Assembly: GCA_020184695.1 (NCBI GenBank)
Contig: JAANOX010000153.1
Coordinates: 1,054,001 to 1,118,000, forward strand
Origin: Histomonas meleagridis 2922-C6/04-290x
Taxonomy: Eukaryota > Protista > Parabasalia
DNA: 64,000 nucleotides
Direction of reading: 5' to 3'
Under the pieces are notes generated by a model. The model did not search any database. It was not told the DNA's origin and worked only from the letters and a program-made list of their open reading frames with translations. Below are positions 1-10,904 of the stretch, in pieces (the first letter of the stretch is position 1; each line of letters starts with the position of its first letter). The translations under genes and the position numbers were made by a program.

Positions 1-2
1 AA

Positions 3-287
3 ACTCCAAACCAAAATCAATCCGCAGAATCTTTGAATGAGACAAAATTTTCGCAAGTTTCACCTTGGCCAGTCATCCACGAGAACAGCAATGAATACAG
101 TCAACCAAAAAGGCTTTCACAGTTGGAGAATCTAACACAAAGATTTCAAACTACTGATCCTGGTTATTCACAAGATTCTTTCGAGGATTCATCCCAATTC
201 CCATTCAGAAGAAGACGTGTAACTGGACAATATGCAGGAGCTTCGCAGCCACAGTCAGATACATCTGATTCAGACTTTTCGGATTGA
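3..287 (+). CDS. 3' end of a hypothetical low-complexity Ser/Gln-rich protein; the gene starts before the window
   Basis: Frame is open from position 3 to TGA at 285-287. No recognisable domain. Confidence 0.5.
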   Translation, partial: TPNQNQSAESLNETKFSQVSPWPVIHENSNEYSQPKRLSQLENLTQRFQTTDPGYSQDSFEDSSQFPFRRRRVTGQYAGASQPQSDTSDSDFSD

Positions 288-775
288 AATTAATTTCAAC
301 ATCAAAAATGATGCGGGGAACGTTAATTTTACTGCATTTTTTTAATATGTTTATAATGGCTTCTAAATATAAATATAACCATATTATGTGTATGGTGTTA
401 ATAAAGATAAAATTGTTTATGCTATAATCTTTGATTTTATGAAAAAAGTTTGTAAAACAAAACTTTAGAAGAAATATTTATATAATAAATGAATTATATG
501 ATGTATGTGCTCAATTATATGAAGAAAAAATGTTCAAACAATTGGAGAATGTGCATTTATGGTATGTACCTTTTTATATAACACCTAAATTTATACTCTC
601 TGGGTTTAAGAACGAAACATTTATGGATATAGATTTATAATATGTATTTTCATTTTTCATCTAAGGTAATGATATCTCAAATATTTCATATTTCAAGGAC
701 TGAACAAAAGTAATTCAGAATTGAAAAAAGTTAATAATAAAGGATTTTAGAATATTTTTATTGATAAACACGCTT

Positions 776-1435
776 TCAAACATTAATTTTATCATATTTT
801 GATGTGATTTTTGGTGTAGCTTTTACATCAGGTTCATCTGCAAGCTTAGATTTGCTTAGAATAATTATTCCATCCAAAACGCTAACGATTCCTGATAGGA
901 ACCATGCTATAACAAGATATGAGATTATTTTGCTAATAATAATTTGATTATCCATTCGTGAAAAAAATAGATATACAAATGAAATTAAAAATGGTGAAAG
1001 CATCCCTGTAAATACGTAGAGCATTCGTTCCCTTTCTTTACTTATTTTTGCTGATTCAAGTACATCTTTGAATGCAATTTGTGTAACTATTGGCCAAAGA
1101 AAAGTTAGGGGTAAAAAGCTTGCTGCTGTTATAAACAAATCAATGACAAAGAGATCAACGAAATTTTCATTTTTGAAATGTGAAAATCTAATTATGATTT
1201 CCTCAACTCCACCAATTACGTCAAAAACTGCAGTAAAAGCAAGAAGCAATGAAAGGGTTTTGTTATCTTTCTTGATTATTGAAGCAAGAATAAAGAAAAA
1301 CCCAATGATAAAGAAAATAATTGAAAATGAAAATGGAATTTCTTTGTTGTCGCCAAACGAAAACACTAAAATCAACCCAGAAACCAATGATGAAGCAAAT
1401 CCAAGAAAAAACAATGGCAAAATTGTTAAAAGCAT
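776..1435 (-). CDS. Hypothetical multi-pass membrane protein (about 5 hydrophobic segments)
   Basis: ATG-initiated 219-aa ORF with several hydrophobic stretches and a charged C-terminal tail. Confidence 0.65.
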   Translation of the reverse strand: MLLTILPLFFLGFASSLVSGLILVFSFGDNKEIPFSFSIIFFIIGFFFILASIIKKDNKTLSLLLAFTAVFDVIGGVEEIIIRFSHFKNENFVDLFVIDLFITAASFLPLTFLWPIVTQIAFKDVLESAKISKERERMLYVFTGMLSPFLISFVYLFFSRMDNQIIISKIISYLVIAWFLSGIVSVLDGIIILSKSKLADEPDVKATPKITSKYDKINV

Positions 1436-1562
1436 CTTTTGTGATGAAGTGATTTTTAACGTTTCCCATTCAATAAATTTGAATTGATTTTACGGTTGTT
1501 AGATAATTTTTGTTGCAGCTGAAAGCACCAATTGTTTCGACAATATAATATTACTAAATTTT

Positions 1563-1743
1563 ATTTGCACTCATGGCGATTCGCTATGAATAAGTGTAGT
1601 ATCTGTTCTGAATCGCTTGACAGCGGTTCGCTCGGTACGTGCCGGGCGCCCTGTTCAAACGAATTTATTATTTCATCATTCAAGCACCGCTTGATGATGG
1701 TTGTTACCCTCCTTCTTGCACACCCAAGGAGTGGTGACGCATT
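1563..1743 (+). ncRNA. U2: U2 spliceosomal snRNA
   Basis: Contains AAGTGTAGTATCTGTTCT (branch-point recognition GTAGTA at 1596-1601). Also stem I (catggcg/cgctatg), stem IIa (gaatcgct-tgac-agcggttc), stem IIb (gctcggt-acgt-gccgggc), a IIc complement (ctgttcaa), a U-rich Sm-like site, stem III (catcattcaagc/gcttgatgatg), and stem IV with loop cTTGCAcacc. Ends are estimated by analogy to human U2. Confidence 0.92.
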
Positions 1744-2484
1744 TTGATTATATTACTGTTATGCATTTGTGTTTTGTTGCTTCCTAAGAAATAATAAATA
1801 AGCAACTTTTTCGGCTTTAATGGAAATTGTCAATGTACATAAATTTGTTTATTGTTTTTCCTTTTTTTAAGTTTTATGTTTGAAAGCATTTGCTTTAAAA
1901 CCAATATGCGGAAATGATAAGAAAGAAATTATTTTTGAAATTGAAGATTTAATTTATGAGCTGGCATATCTACTGACCATAATGAAGATATAAGGAGAAT
2001 AATTTTTGATGAGGAAAAGGTTCGAAATTCTTTCGAGTTTTCTGAGATCTGGAATATAAATCCAATTTATCACAAAGAAGATTAAGCACGAACTGGGGTT
2101 TTATTAACAAAGAATACTTCCCAGAAGGAATCTTTGAGTAAACACCAAAAATTTAAAAAAATATTTAAAATTTAATGAAAAAAATTAGGAAAATTAAAAT
2201 TTGAAAAAGTGCGCATAACATCTCACCTGATCAAATTCTCAAGCTTAAAATTTATTCATAATAATTGAATTGCATATATTTTATATATTTATTAAACATT
2301 TTTTCTTATATTTAGTCTATCAAAAGATATTTTAATTTTTTTATTTTTTGAAAAAGTGCAAAATAGGTTAGTACCTTTTTATTCAAATCCGTATCTTTTT
2401 CAATTAATTTTTATCGTCAATATATTATTTCACTTTGTTTTAATCGTCTTGCATTGAAATCAAAAATTTCCACATCTGCAACAT

Positions 2485-3504
2485 TTATTCAATTATACAA
2501 CAATGTCCTTCACTTGCGGAATTGTTGTCAGGAGTTCTATACTGATCCAAGATCTTTCTCATATCAGAAAGAGCAGAATTCTTTGAGTAGAACATATTCC
2601 AATTAAAGGTTTCGAGATTAATATTATTTTCATTTGCGGCCTCTGTACACAGCGCAACTATTCTTTCGTAGTCCGGGTTCGATTCGAATTCGAGTGTTTG
2701 TATATATTTATAAATATCTACAAATTGTTTTGGAATATCACTACACAATTCTTCCGGAGATATCTTTTCTTTAGAATCACCAGCTTCCTCGTTAGTAAGC
2801 TCAGCCCATGGAAGTGCCCCTTTAATCATTTCCACCATCGAATAGAACCATGAATATAAATCATCTCTTTTCCCAAGTTCATTTCCGTAGTGTGAAAAAA
2901 TGGAAGAATATTTCTTTGTCCCTACGTACTGTTGTTTTTCAAAGGTTATATCTTCCAGTGGCTGATTTGTTTCCGGATTATATGTTTTTTTGGCCAGCCC
3001 AAAATCAATTAAAACAAGTGGATTCCTTTCGTTTTGTTGGACAAGGAAATTACTGGGTTTGATATCTCTGTGAACAAAGCCGTATTTGTGAAATTTTGCA
3101 ATGACTTTTAACATTTCGATTCCAATGGCTAAGGATGTCTCAAGTGGTAAACGACCTGACTGGGTTTTTAGACGAACAGATGCAATTGATAGTCCGTAAA
3201 TACTCATTACAAAATATTGTACCTTTTTGGTACTTCCTGAAGATCGAACTTTTGGAAAACAAGTATCATCAAGTGCTCGAATACATTCAATTTCATTCTC
3301 CATACCCTTCACTGGGGCATTAAGGTTTTCTGTTTTCAAGGCAAACATTTGATTTGTTTTTTTATCTTTAACTTTATAAACTTCTCCAAAGCCACCAACT
3401 CCTACGAGGAACACAATTTCGTAATTACCTATGACTTTTCCTGGCGGAAATGTTTTCCTATTTAAAATTGTGTTGTTATCATGGGACAGGGCAGCCTCTT
3501 CCAT
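2485..3504 (-). CDS. Casein kinase 1 family Ser/Thr kinase
   Basis: GVGGFGEVY, ALKTE, HRDIKPSNFL, LIDFGLAK, KRDDLYSW, LPW motifs typical of the CK1 family. Confidence 0.9.
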   Translation of the reverse strand: MEEAALSHDNNTILNRKTFPPGKVIGNYEIVFLVGVGGFGEVYKVKDKKTNQMFALKTENLNAPVKGMENEIECIRALDDTCFPKVRSSGSTKKVQYFVMSIYGLSIASVRLKTQSGRLPLETSLAIGIEMLKVIAKFHKYGFVHRDIKPSNFLVQQNERNPLVLIDFGLAKKTYNPETNQPLEDITFEKQQYVGTKKYSSIFSHYGNELGKRDDLYSWFYSMVEMIKGALPWAELTNEEAGDSKEKISPEELCSDIPKQFVDIYKYIQTLEFESNPDYERIVALCTEAANENNINLETFNWNMFYSKNSALSDMRKILDQYRTPDNNSASEGHCCIIE

Positions 3505-3945
3505 TTGGCGCTGCGGAACTTTTTCAAAGCTAAAAAATTCCGTTTCTTTGAATTAATATGTCAGTTTGAATAGCCTAGTTTTTGAAAACTTAATTAGTGG
3601 CATTAATATTTTTTCTGAAAAGAAAATGCATTCATAACAAAGCAATAAAAAATGCGAAATGTGTACAGGAATAAAATTTACATAATGTTTGTGATGAAAA
3701 TTTTATATTGACAATGAAACATTGATATCATGAATGAATCTATTTAATTCAGTAATTAAAAAAAATTATAAAATTTATAGAATATATTAAACATTTATTT
3801 CCATTTTCTAAAAACAATTTCTAAAAGATAAAAAGCGTTTTAACATAAGGAAATTTGATCTCGAGAGATTATTTGAACGATAAATAATTCTGAACATTTT
3901 GTATCAAATTTCATTCAAATTTTTATCGTCACTTTGATGTTAAAT

Positions 3946-4731
3946 TCATTTAAACGAATTACTTGTGACGCTTAAAGACGAAAACATATGGTTTAAAGGC
4001 CCTTTTATCTTTAGTTTTTCCCTTAGACACCATAAGACGTATTCTGCCACTAATTGTTTTTTATCATTTACCTCCATTTTTCTTTCAAATTTGAGATTAT
4101 TTCCTGTCTTCCCTTTGAATGTCCACGTTTTGGAACCATTACTTCGTTTCCTTATCAAGAAAAATAAGAGGATATGAAGAAGATATGCAAAAAACCAGAA
4201 TAAATACGCAAGCAAATCTGATTTAAATGAGATGTAATACTTAACATTAATTTTGCCAAGAGGAATAACATCTGACTCAATTGTTGTGGTTCTTGTTAAG
4301 ACTGAGGGTGAAGGAAGATTAGGTGAGCCGCTTAAAGCATATGAAATAAACATTGATAAAGAAGAGCTTTCGAAAACAGACAAATCTTTTATGTCGTATC
4401 TCAACTTGGCACATCCTGAGTAAACAACAATTTGTGGAAATGATATGGTTCCGTCAACAACTTTGTATTTATATTTTTCTGGAAGAATTAACGATGGATT
4501 ACAATTAACTATAACTTGGAAATCAACTAATTGAAGAGATTTCCCCAAATCGTTGAAATCTAAATAAACTTGATTTTCTGGAATATAAATATTTTGATGA
4601 TATGTGTCGCTCATTGGAACAACAATAGATATTCCGGGATATTGCTCATTTATAGCTTTTAAAACGACTTGTCCAATTTGGGTTTCAGCTCCAAAAAACA
4701 AAACATCAAACATAGTAAGAAAAAGTGCCAT
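3946..4731 (-). CDS. Hypothetical protein with an N-terminal Rossmann-like strand-helix and one TM segment; possibly a divergent saccharopine-dehydrogenase-like (SCCPDH) protein
   Basis: FDVLFFGAETQIGQVVL resembles the SCCPDH N-terminus; hydrophobic segment LLAYLFWFFAYLLHILLFFLI. Judged by eye only. Confidence 0.35.
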   Translation of the reverse strand: MALFLTMFDVLFFGAETQIGQVVLKAINEQYPGISIVVPMSDTYHQNIYIPENQVYLDFNDLGKSLQLVDFQVIVNCNPSLILPEKYKYKVVDGTISFPQIVVYSGCAKLRYDIKDLSVFESSSLSMFISYALSGSPNLPSPSVLTRTTTIESDVIPLGKINVKYYISFKSDLLAYLFWFFAYLLHILLFFLIRKRSNGSKTWTFKGKTGNNLKFERKMEVNDKKQLVAEYVLWCLREKLKIKGPLNHMFSSLSVTSNSFK

Positions 4732-4965
4732 TAGTCTTTTTGCAATAAAAAATAAGCAAAAAACACTTCTAGCTTAGCTTGTTTGTTCCTTATAATACTA
4801 TCCAATGATCAACATTATTAGTACTTTAATTAATTTCAAATTTAAAAATAATTGTAATTTCTTAAGGGATTGCTTAAATGCAAAGCAAACAGATATCACA
4901 GCGTATAATAAAATTTCTATTTTAATGAAATTCAAAAGGTATACGTAATGTCTTAATGGTGTTGT

Positions 4966-5502
4966 TTATGGAAGAGCTTGTGCTTGGCCGTTGTTTTCCA
5001 TTGGGATATCTAATGGAACATCATTGAAAGCTGCAATAGCTTCTTCATTTGTTTCAGCTTCAAGTTGACTCATAAGATCATCTGCTTCAACAGAAACTTC
5101 AGCATTATCTCCTTGTATCAAAAGATTAGCAGCACCCATTTTATCTTTTTGTTGATCATACTTTTGGCGAGTTGCTGATATTTGTTGTAAATTTGTGTGC
5201 TTTAAAGAGTTGTTCATTCCCTTGGTGGCAGCGCCCATTGTCTTTGCCATTTGAGCAGATGTCTGTGCATTTTTCATATCGACTTGATATCCCATTGTTG
5301 TTGCAGCGCTTTGAAGGAGCTGAGTTGCTTGCTGCTCATAACGAACTGCGTTTTGTGCATAAAGTTGAGCAGCAGCACGATTTCCTCGCTTTAATTCGTT
5401 TTTGGCTTTCCTGCGTTCTTTCTCTGCTTCCTTTTGCATCTTCTTTGCCTCGCGCTCAAGCTGCTTGGCTTGCATTCTAATTTGGAAATCAGCTTGATTC
5501 AT
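4966..5502 (-). CDS. CHMP1: ESCRT-III subunit CHMP1/Did2 (Snf7 family)
   Basis: QIRMQAKQLEREAKK...GNRAAAQLYAQNAVR matches the CHMP1 N-terminal helices; acidic C-terminus. First ATG at 5502. Confidence 0.8.
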   Translation of the reverse strand: MNQADFQIRMQAKQLEREAKKMQKEAEKERRKAKNELKRGNRAAAQLYAQNAVRYEQQATQLLQSAATTMGYQVDMKNAQTSAQMAKTMGAATKGMNNSLKHTNLQQISATRQKYDQQKDKMGAANLLIQGDNAEVSVEADDLMSQLEAETNEEAIAAFNDVPLDIPMENNGQAQALP

Positions 5503-6062
5503 CCTGTAAAAATGTTTAAACCTCCAAGACAAAGGCACCCCAAATCTGAATTCAAATTTTTGAATTATAACTGCCCGTAAACCATTTGAACCCCAATGTC
5601 GTTTTTTTGGGTTAAGCAACAAGTAAAGTCTTCACCGGAAGGTTTTCAGGAGATATTTTTTTAAATATTGCACTTGTTGCTGGCGAAGATTTTTCTTTTG
5701 ATGGTGAGTGAGTTTTACAAAAAGTTCTTAAAAATTTAATTAAATCGAGTAAAAGTTGAAACCTGTTTTGAGAAACTGAAATTAAACCAGGCCGAGATCT
5801 GAACATGCACACCAAGATATATGATAAAACATTTTTAATACGATGATATTAAATTTTTGGTTCAAGTTCAAATGGGAGCGTTTTTATTTTGTTTGAGTGA
5901 TTGTTATATGCTGTAAGTTATGTAAAGCCATTCAGAACCTTTGGGCTTCTTTAGTTATAGAATGAAAAAAATTGAATTGAAATTGATACGAAATTGACGG
6001 TTTTTATGGGGTGCTCTTGTATCAAAACCGCTTTCGTATCGGTTTGGTCGGCCTTTTTGGCG

Positions 6063-6533
6063 ATGTCAAAGCCAGCTGTTGAAGCCAAGCAACAAACAAC
6101 AAAAAAGACAAAGGAAGAGGCTTACGTTGGTCCAAGCAAGGCCCAAAATGAAATTGCCCTTGGCGTTGCTCATATCTATGCAACAAAGAACGATACATTC
6201 ATTCATGTAACAGATCTTTCAGGCGCTGAAACACTTGTTAAGGTAACTGGTGGTATGGTTGTTAAGGCACAACGTGATCAATCTACACCATACGCTGCTA
6301 TGCTTGCAGCCCAAATGGTTGCAGCTCGTCTTAAAACAATGGGTATTGATGGCCTTCACATCAAGTTCTCAGGTAAGGGTGGTTCTTCACGCCGTCTTCC
6401 AGCCCAAGGTGCTCAAAGCGCTCTTCGTGCATTAGCTCGTGCTGGTCTTAAGATTGGTCGTATCGAAGATGTTACACCACTCCCACACGATTCCACACGT
6501 CGTAAGGGTGGTCGCCGTGGCAGAAGGCTTTAA
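6063..6533 (+). CDS. RPS14: 40S ribosomal protein S14 (uS11)
   Basis: [61 protein letters not shown] at 6063. Confidence 0.97.
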   Translation: MSKPAVEAKQQTTKKTKEEAYVGPSKAQNEIALGVAHIYATKNDTFIHVTDLSGAETLVKVTGGMVVKAQRDQSTPYAAMLAAQMVAARLKTMGIDGLHIKFSGKGGSSRRLPAQGAQSALRALARAGLKIGRIEDVTPLPHDSTRRKGGRRGRRL

Positions 6534-7109
6534 ATCGTAAACATCACATTTGCATTTTGTTAAACTTTTTCAAATCAAAGAGATCGTTGATTTTTCATAT
6601 TCAAAAGAAAACATATTTTGTATTCAGTTCCCAATATCCAAACAGTTTTAACCAAAAAAAAATAGATTTAAATCGAATCAATCAAAAATTTTTTATTTTT
6701 AAAATAAATTTCAATATTCCACCCCATATTTCTAAATAGAAGATAATGACTTTATTTATATGACAAATGTGAACCCTTTTTAATGAACAAAAATCATTAA
6801 AAATAAATCCAAATGATCAATTTTCTAATTAACATATCTTTTTTATGTATTTCAGCAAGGTGTCCCAGCGTTATAAAAATGGTGGAACTAGAAGTGAAAT
6901 CAAGTACCCAATATTCCATTACACCAATATTTTAAAATAGGGAAATTATAAGTAAAAACATGAAAATGATTTAATTTTTATGATATTAGTTCTTAGGAAT
7001 AAAAACAGAATTTTCCTTCTTAAAAATATAATAAGTTGTAATTACTAAATCTATAGATAATATGGAAAATAATTTAAAACATTTTACACTACCATAAAAA
7101 CCAGATAAT

Positions 7110-10100
7110 TTAAATCCATTGATCTTTTTCATTTAGAACTTGTTCATTGAAATCTTTGGAAACAATTTCAGCATTGTTTTTATCATCCGATGAAGAATTA
7201 TATGAAATTTCTTTTGAGTTTTCACTTTGTAAATGTTTTTTTCCATTACGAGCAACAAATATAATAATTCCTATAATTAGAAAAATCGCAATAATAGAAC
7301 CACATATAATACCTATTAAAGCATTTGTTGATAAGCCATTATCTTTTTGAGATGCATTCTGATAAATTATTGTGAAAAAATCAGAATAACATTGATAATA
7401 TGTTGAATAATGATAAACTGTGTATTCATAATAAATAAACTCGGTATAAATAAAAGTAAAAACTGATTGAATTGAAGTAGGAATTAATGTGTGTGATAAA
7501 AATATGCTATTAATGGTTAATGTTTGAGTAAAAGTTAAGAAGTTCGTTAAAATCAATGAATGTGAAAAAGTGGTTAAAACAAATGTTTTTGACTGAGAAA
7601 ATTTGTTAGATCGTGAACACGTATTTGATTGGGTAAATTTATTTGATTGTGAATATGTATTTGATTGTGAATATGCATTTGATTTAGTAAATGTATTTGA
7701 TTGTGAATATGTATTACTTTGGGAAAATGTATTTGATTGTGAATATGTATTACTTTGAGAAAATGTATTTGATTGTGAATATGTATTACTTTGGGAAAAT
7801 GTATTAGATTTAGTAAATGTATTTGATTTGGTGAATGTATGTGTTGGCCATAAATTTTGATTGCATCCTTCAAGTAAAAGACCTTTGCTTACATTTAGTT
7901 CTCCAAACCTCGTTCCTTGATATAATTCTGATGTCATAACATAATTGGTTGATATATTTAAAAATGCGTTTTCCTCAATTGTTGGTGATGAAAAACCAAT
8001 AAAATAAATACATTTAAGTTCAATGTCATCTTTAAATGCATAATCACCAATCGTTTTCACATTTTTACCAATGATAACTGAATTCAATTTTGAACATAAA
8101 TTAAAAGCTTTTGTTCCAATAGAAGTAACTGAATTCGGAATTGTAACATTGACCAATGATTTGCATTCAGTAAATGTACAACTATTAATCGTAGTTATAT
8201 TTTCACTAATGATAACAGTTCTTAACTGCCTACAACATTCAAACGCATACATGCCAACAGAAGTAACTGAATTCGGAATTGTAACATTAATCAATGAACA
8301 GAATCTAAATGCTTTATCGTGTATAATTTCAAGATTGTTACTAAGAATAATTGTTGTTAAATTCGCACATGTTGAAAATGCAGCATAACCAATTGAAATA
8401 ACTGAATTTGGAATTGTGACATTTTCCAACATTCCACATGTTGAAAATGCAGCATCACCAATTGAAATAACTGAATTTGGAATTGTGACATTTTCCAACA
8501 TTCCACAATCCGAAAATGCAAAATCACCAATTGAAATAACTGAATTTGGAATTGTGACATTTTCCAACATTCCACAAAATGAAAATGCAAAATCACCAAT
8601 TGAAATAACTGAATTTGGAATTGTAATATATGTTAATGATTTACATGAATAAAATAAATAATTTTCAATCATTTTAACATTTTTACCAATATGAATTCCT
8701 TTTAAGTTAGCACATGATTTGAATGCAGATTTCCCAATTGATGTAACAGAATCTGGAATTGTAACATATGTTAATGATTCACATGAATAAAATGAATAAT
8801 TTTCAATCATTTTAACATTTTTACCAATATGAATTCCTTTTAAGTTAGCACATTGACTAAATGCATAATATGAAATTGATGTAACAGAATCTGGAATTGT
8901 AACATATGTTAATGATTTACATAAATAAAATACATGACTTCCAATCGTTTCAACATTTTTACCAATATGAATCATTTCTAAATTATCACATGATTCGAAT
9001 GCAGAATTCCCAATTGAAAGAACTGAATCTGGAATAATAATATTAATTAATGTTAAACAATACCAAAATGCACTATTTTCAATATATTGAATATTATTAG
9101 GAATTTCAAATGTTTTATTCGAAATTCCAGTTGGATAACATATAATTGTTGTACAATTTTTATTATAAAGAATTCCATCATTTTCATTATCAAAATTAGA
9201 ATAATAAATATTTTCTTCTGATACTTTGATAGATATAAGATTTGAACATTGGGCAAAAGCACCTTCACCAATTGATATAATAGATTTTGATATTATAATA
9301 TTTGATAATGATAAACATTGTTCAAATGCAAAATTTCCAATCGTTTTCAATTTTTCACTAAAAACAATTTCTTTGAAAGAAGTACAACCTGAAAATCCAT
9401 ACACACCAATCGAAGAAACTGAATCAAAAATTGTAAAATTCGTTAATGATTTACATCCACCAAATGATCTTTTATCAATCTTTATATCCATGTTTTCATC
9501 AAAATTAATTGTTTTCAATTTATAACATTGAAAAAATGCATAATTACCAATAATATGAACTTTTTCATGAATAATAATTGTTTCTAAATTTTTACAATAA
9601 TAAAATGCATTTTCTCCAATTGTAGTGACTTCTCCTCCAATTTCAACTGAAAATAATTTTGGCCATTCTTCAAATGCATTATCTCCGATTTCTTGAAGAT
9701 CACCTTGAATCATAATATACATCGTTTCTTCTTTATATTGAATCCTTTCTTCATATTCTTTTTGATTTGTTATAATAAGATTTTGATCATTATATTCTTC
9801 AAAAGAATGAACAGTAAAAAGGAATAATAATAAAAAATGAAAAAATTGAATATTTACTTTAAATTGATTCTGTATATTTTTATGAATCAATTTGATTAAA
9901 CAACTTCTTTTTCTAAAGAATAACATAAAGAAAACAATAATACAAAGAATTATTGATAAGAGTTTAAATGAAATATGTGTAAAATCGAAAAACAAATTAA
10001 TAAAATCAAACAATGCGCTGTAGCCTCCCACATAAAAGTTCAAAAATAGAAAATTGATATTGATAGAATATATTTGTAATAAATTAATAATAAATTTTTT

Positions 10101-10424
10101 TGATTTTAAATAAGATAAGGTTTCTGAAGAAAAAACTAAGCTGCAAAAAGATAAACAATCAGCAAAAAAGATTATTTCTCTATGGATATGATTTGTGTAA
10201 CATAAAATAGAAGAAGGATATCTGTAAAAAAAATTATTGTAGTTCGTTGTTGTATCAAAGTTTTGTGGGTTAAGTTCATCGGAATTCATATTTGAATATG
10301 ATTTAATAAATGACATTTTTTTTAGATCAACCCTGATATCCTTCAAATCGGATAACAATAAGGTACTTCTTATATGGCATAATTCATTTAAGTGTAACAA
10401 AAGCAAAAGAGAGCAAGGAAACAT
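7110..10424 (-). CDS. BspA-like (TpLRR/LRR_5) surface protein with a Ser/Thr/Asn stalk, TM helix and cytosolic tail (copy 1)
   Basis: Tandem 23-aa repeats of type LxxITIPNSVTSIGxxAFxxC; SNTFSQ hexapeptide stalk; TM LIGIICGSIIAIFLIIGIIIFV; tail ending DQWI. Confidence 0.92.
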   Translation of the reverse strand: MFPCSLLLLLHLNELCHIRSTLLLSDLKDIRVDLKKMSFIKSYSNMNSDELNPQNFDTTTNYNNFFYRYPSSILCYTNHIHREIIFFADCLSFCSLVFSSETLSYLKSKKFIINLLQIYSININFLFLNFYVGGYSALFDFINLFFDFTHISFKLLSIILCIIVFFMLFFRKRSCLIKLIHKNIQNQFKVNIQFFHFLLLFLFTVHSFEEYNDQNLIITNQKEYEERIQYKEETMYIMIQGDLQEIGDNAFEEWPKLFSVEIGGEVTTIGENAFYYCKNLETIIIHEKVHIIGNYAFFQCYKLKTINFDENMDIKIDKRSFGGCKSLTNFTIFDSVSSIGVYGFSGCTSFKEIVFSEKLKTIGNFAFEQCLSLSNIIISKSIISIGEGAFAQCSNLISIKVSEENIYYSNFDNENDGILYNKNCTTIICYPTGISNKTFEIPNNIQYIENSAFWYCLTLINIIIPDSVLSIGNSAFESCDNLEMIHIGKNVETIGSHVFYLCKSLTYVTIPDSVTSISYYAFSQCANLKGIHIGKNVKMIENYSFYSCESLTYVTIPDSVTSIGKSAFKSCANLKGIHIGKNVKMIENYLFYSCKSLTYITIPNSVISIGDFAFSFCGMLENVTIPNSVISIGDFAFSDCGMLENVTIPNSVISIGDAAFSTCGMLENVTIPNSVISIGYAAFSTCANLTTIILSNNLEIIHDKAFRFCSLINVTIPNSVTSVGMYAFECCRQLRTVIISENITTINSCTFTECKSLVNVTIPNSVTSIGTKAFNLCSKLNSVIIGKNVKTIGDYAFKDDIELKCIYFIGFSSPTIEENAFLNISTNYVMTSELYQGTRFGELNVSKGLLLEGCNQNLWPTHTFTKSNTFTKSNTFSQSNTYSQSNTFSQSNTYSQSNTFSQSNTYSQSNTFTKSNAYSQSNTYSQSNKFTQSNTCSRSNKFSQSKTFVLTTFSHSLILTNFLTFTQTLTINSIFLSHTLIPTSIQSVFTFIYTEFIYYEYTVYHYSTYYQCYSDFFTIIYQNASQKDNGLSTNALIGIICGSIIAIFLIIGIIIFVARNGKKHLQSENSKEISYNSSSDDKNNAEIVSKDFNEQVLNEKDQWI
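7590..7840 (-). repeat. 18-nt tandem repeat encoding the (S-N-T-F/Y-S/T-Q/K)n stalk
   Basis: Repeated hexapeptides visible in the translation and in the DNA (gtatttgattgtgaatat-type units). Confidence 0.85.
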
Positions 10425-10904
10425 GATGAGGAAATATCTATCTGGATATCCCCCTGAATTGTAACGTCCAGTTTTGAGTCACAATAATTTGATTATTGAA
10501 AGCTTACAACAGCCTTTGACTATTCGAATTTTTATCGAAATTGAAAGGAAATCACACGGTTTAAGATCAAACCCGGTATTTCAATTCAATTAACAAATTA
10601 ACCACCCAATCGAGAATGATACGTCAACAATTTTTTCAATTGATTTTGATTGGGTGGTTATACAGAAACAGTTAAAAGGTTTTGTTTATAACGCTCATAT
10701 TCAAAAATTAAAACGATACGGCAGCTGCCGTTTGACAAATTTGTTACCAATCATTAATGAGTTTCCTCATAAATCATTAACCTCTTTGTGGGTAAATTAA
10801 ACATAAAGTTAAAATAGGTTTATAAGAACAATAAATGCGGGAACCTAAAATTGAATAGAATTTCGTTAAGTAAAATTACGAACTCAAAACAAAATGATGT
10901 GGTG

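Noticed and set aside
122-142. TCTAACACAAAG resembling the parabasalid branch/3' splice motif
   Set aside because: No GTATGT/GTAAGT-like donor upstream, and the reading frame is open through it.
1068-1487. Antisense or overlapping ORFs in the track (e.g. 1068-1487, 8071-8652, 33865-34395, 45903-46325, 53378-53782)
   Set aside because: Shadow frames of genuine genes on the opposite strand or in shifted frames, with no independent motifs.
5504-5521. 18-nt GT...AG segment (minus strand gtttaaacatttttacag) just upstream of the CHMP1 ATG as a micro-intron
   Set aside because: No upstream in-frame ATG needs it, it has no CTAAC branch motif, and short GT-AG pairs are common by chance.
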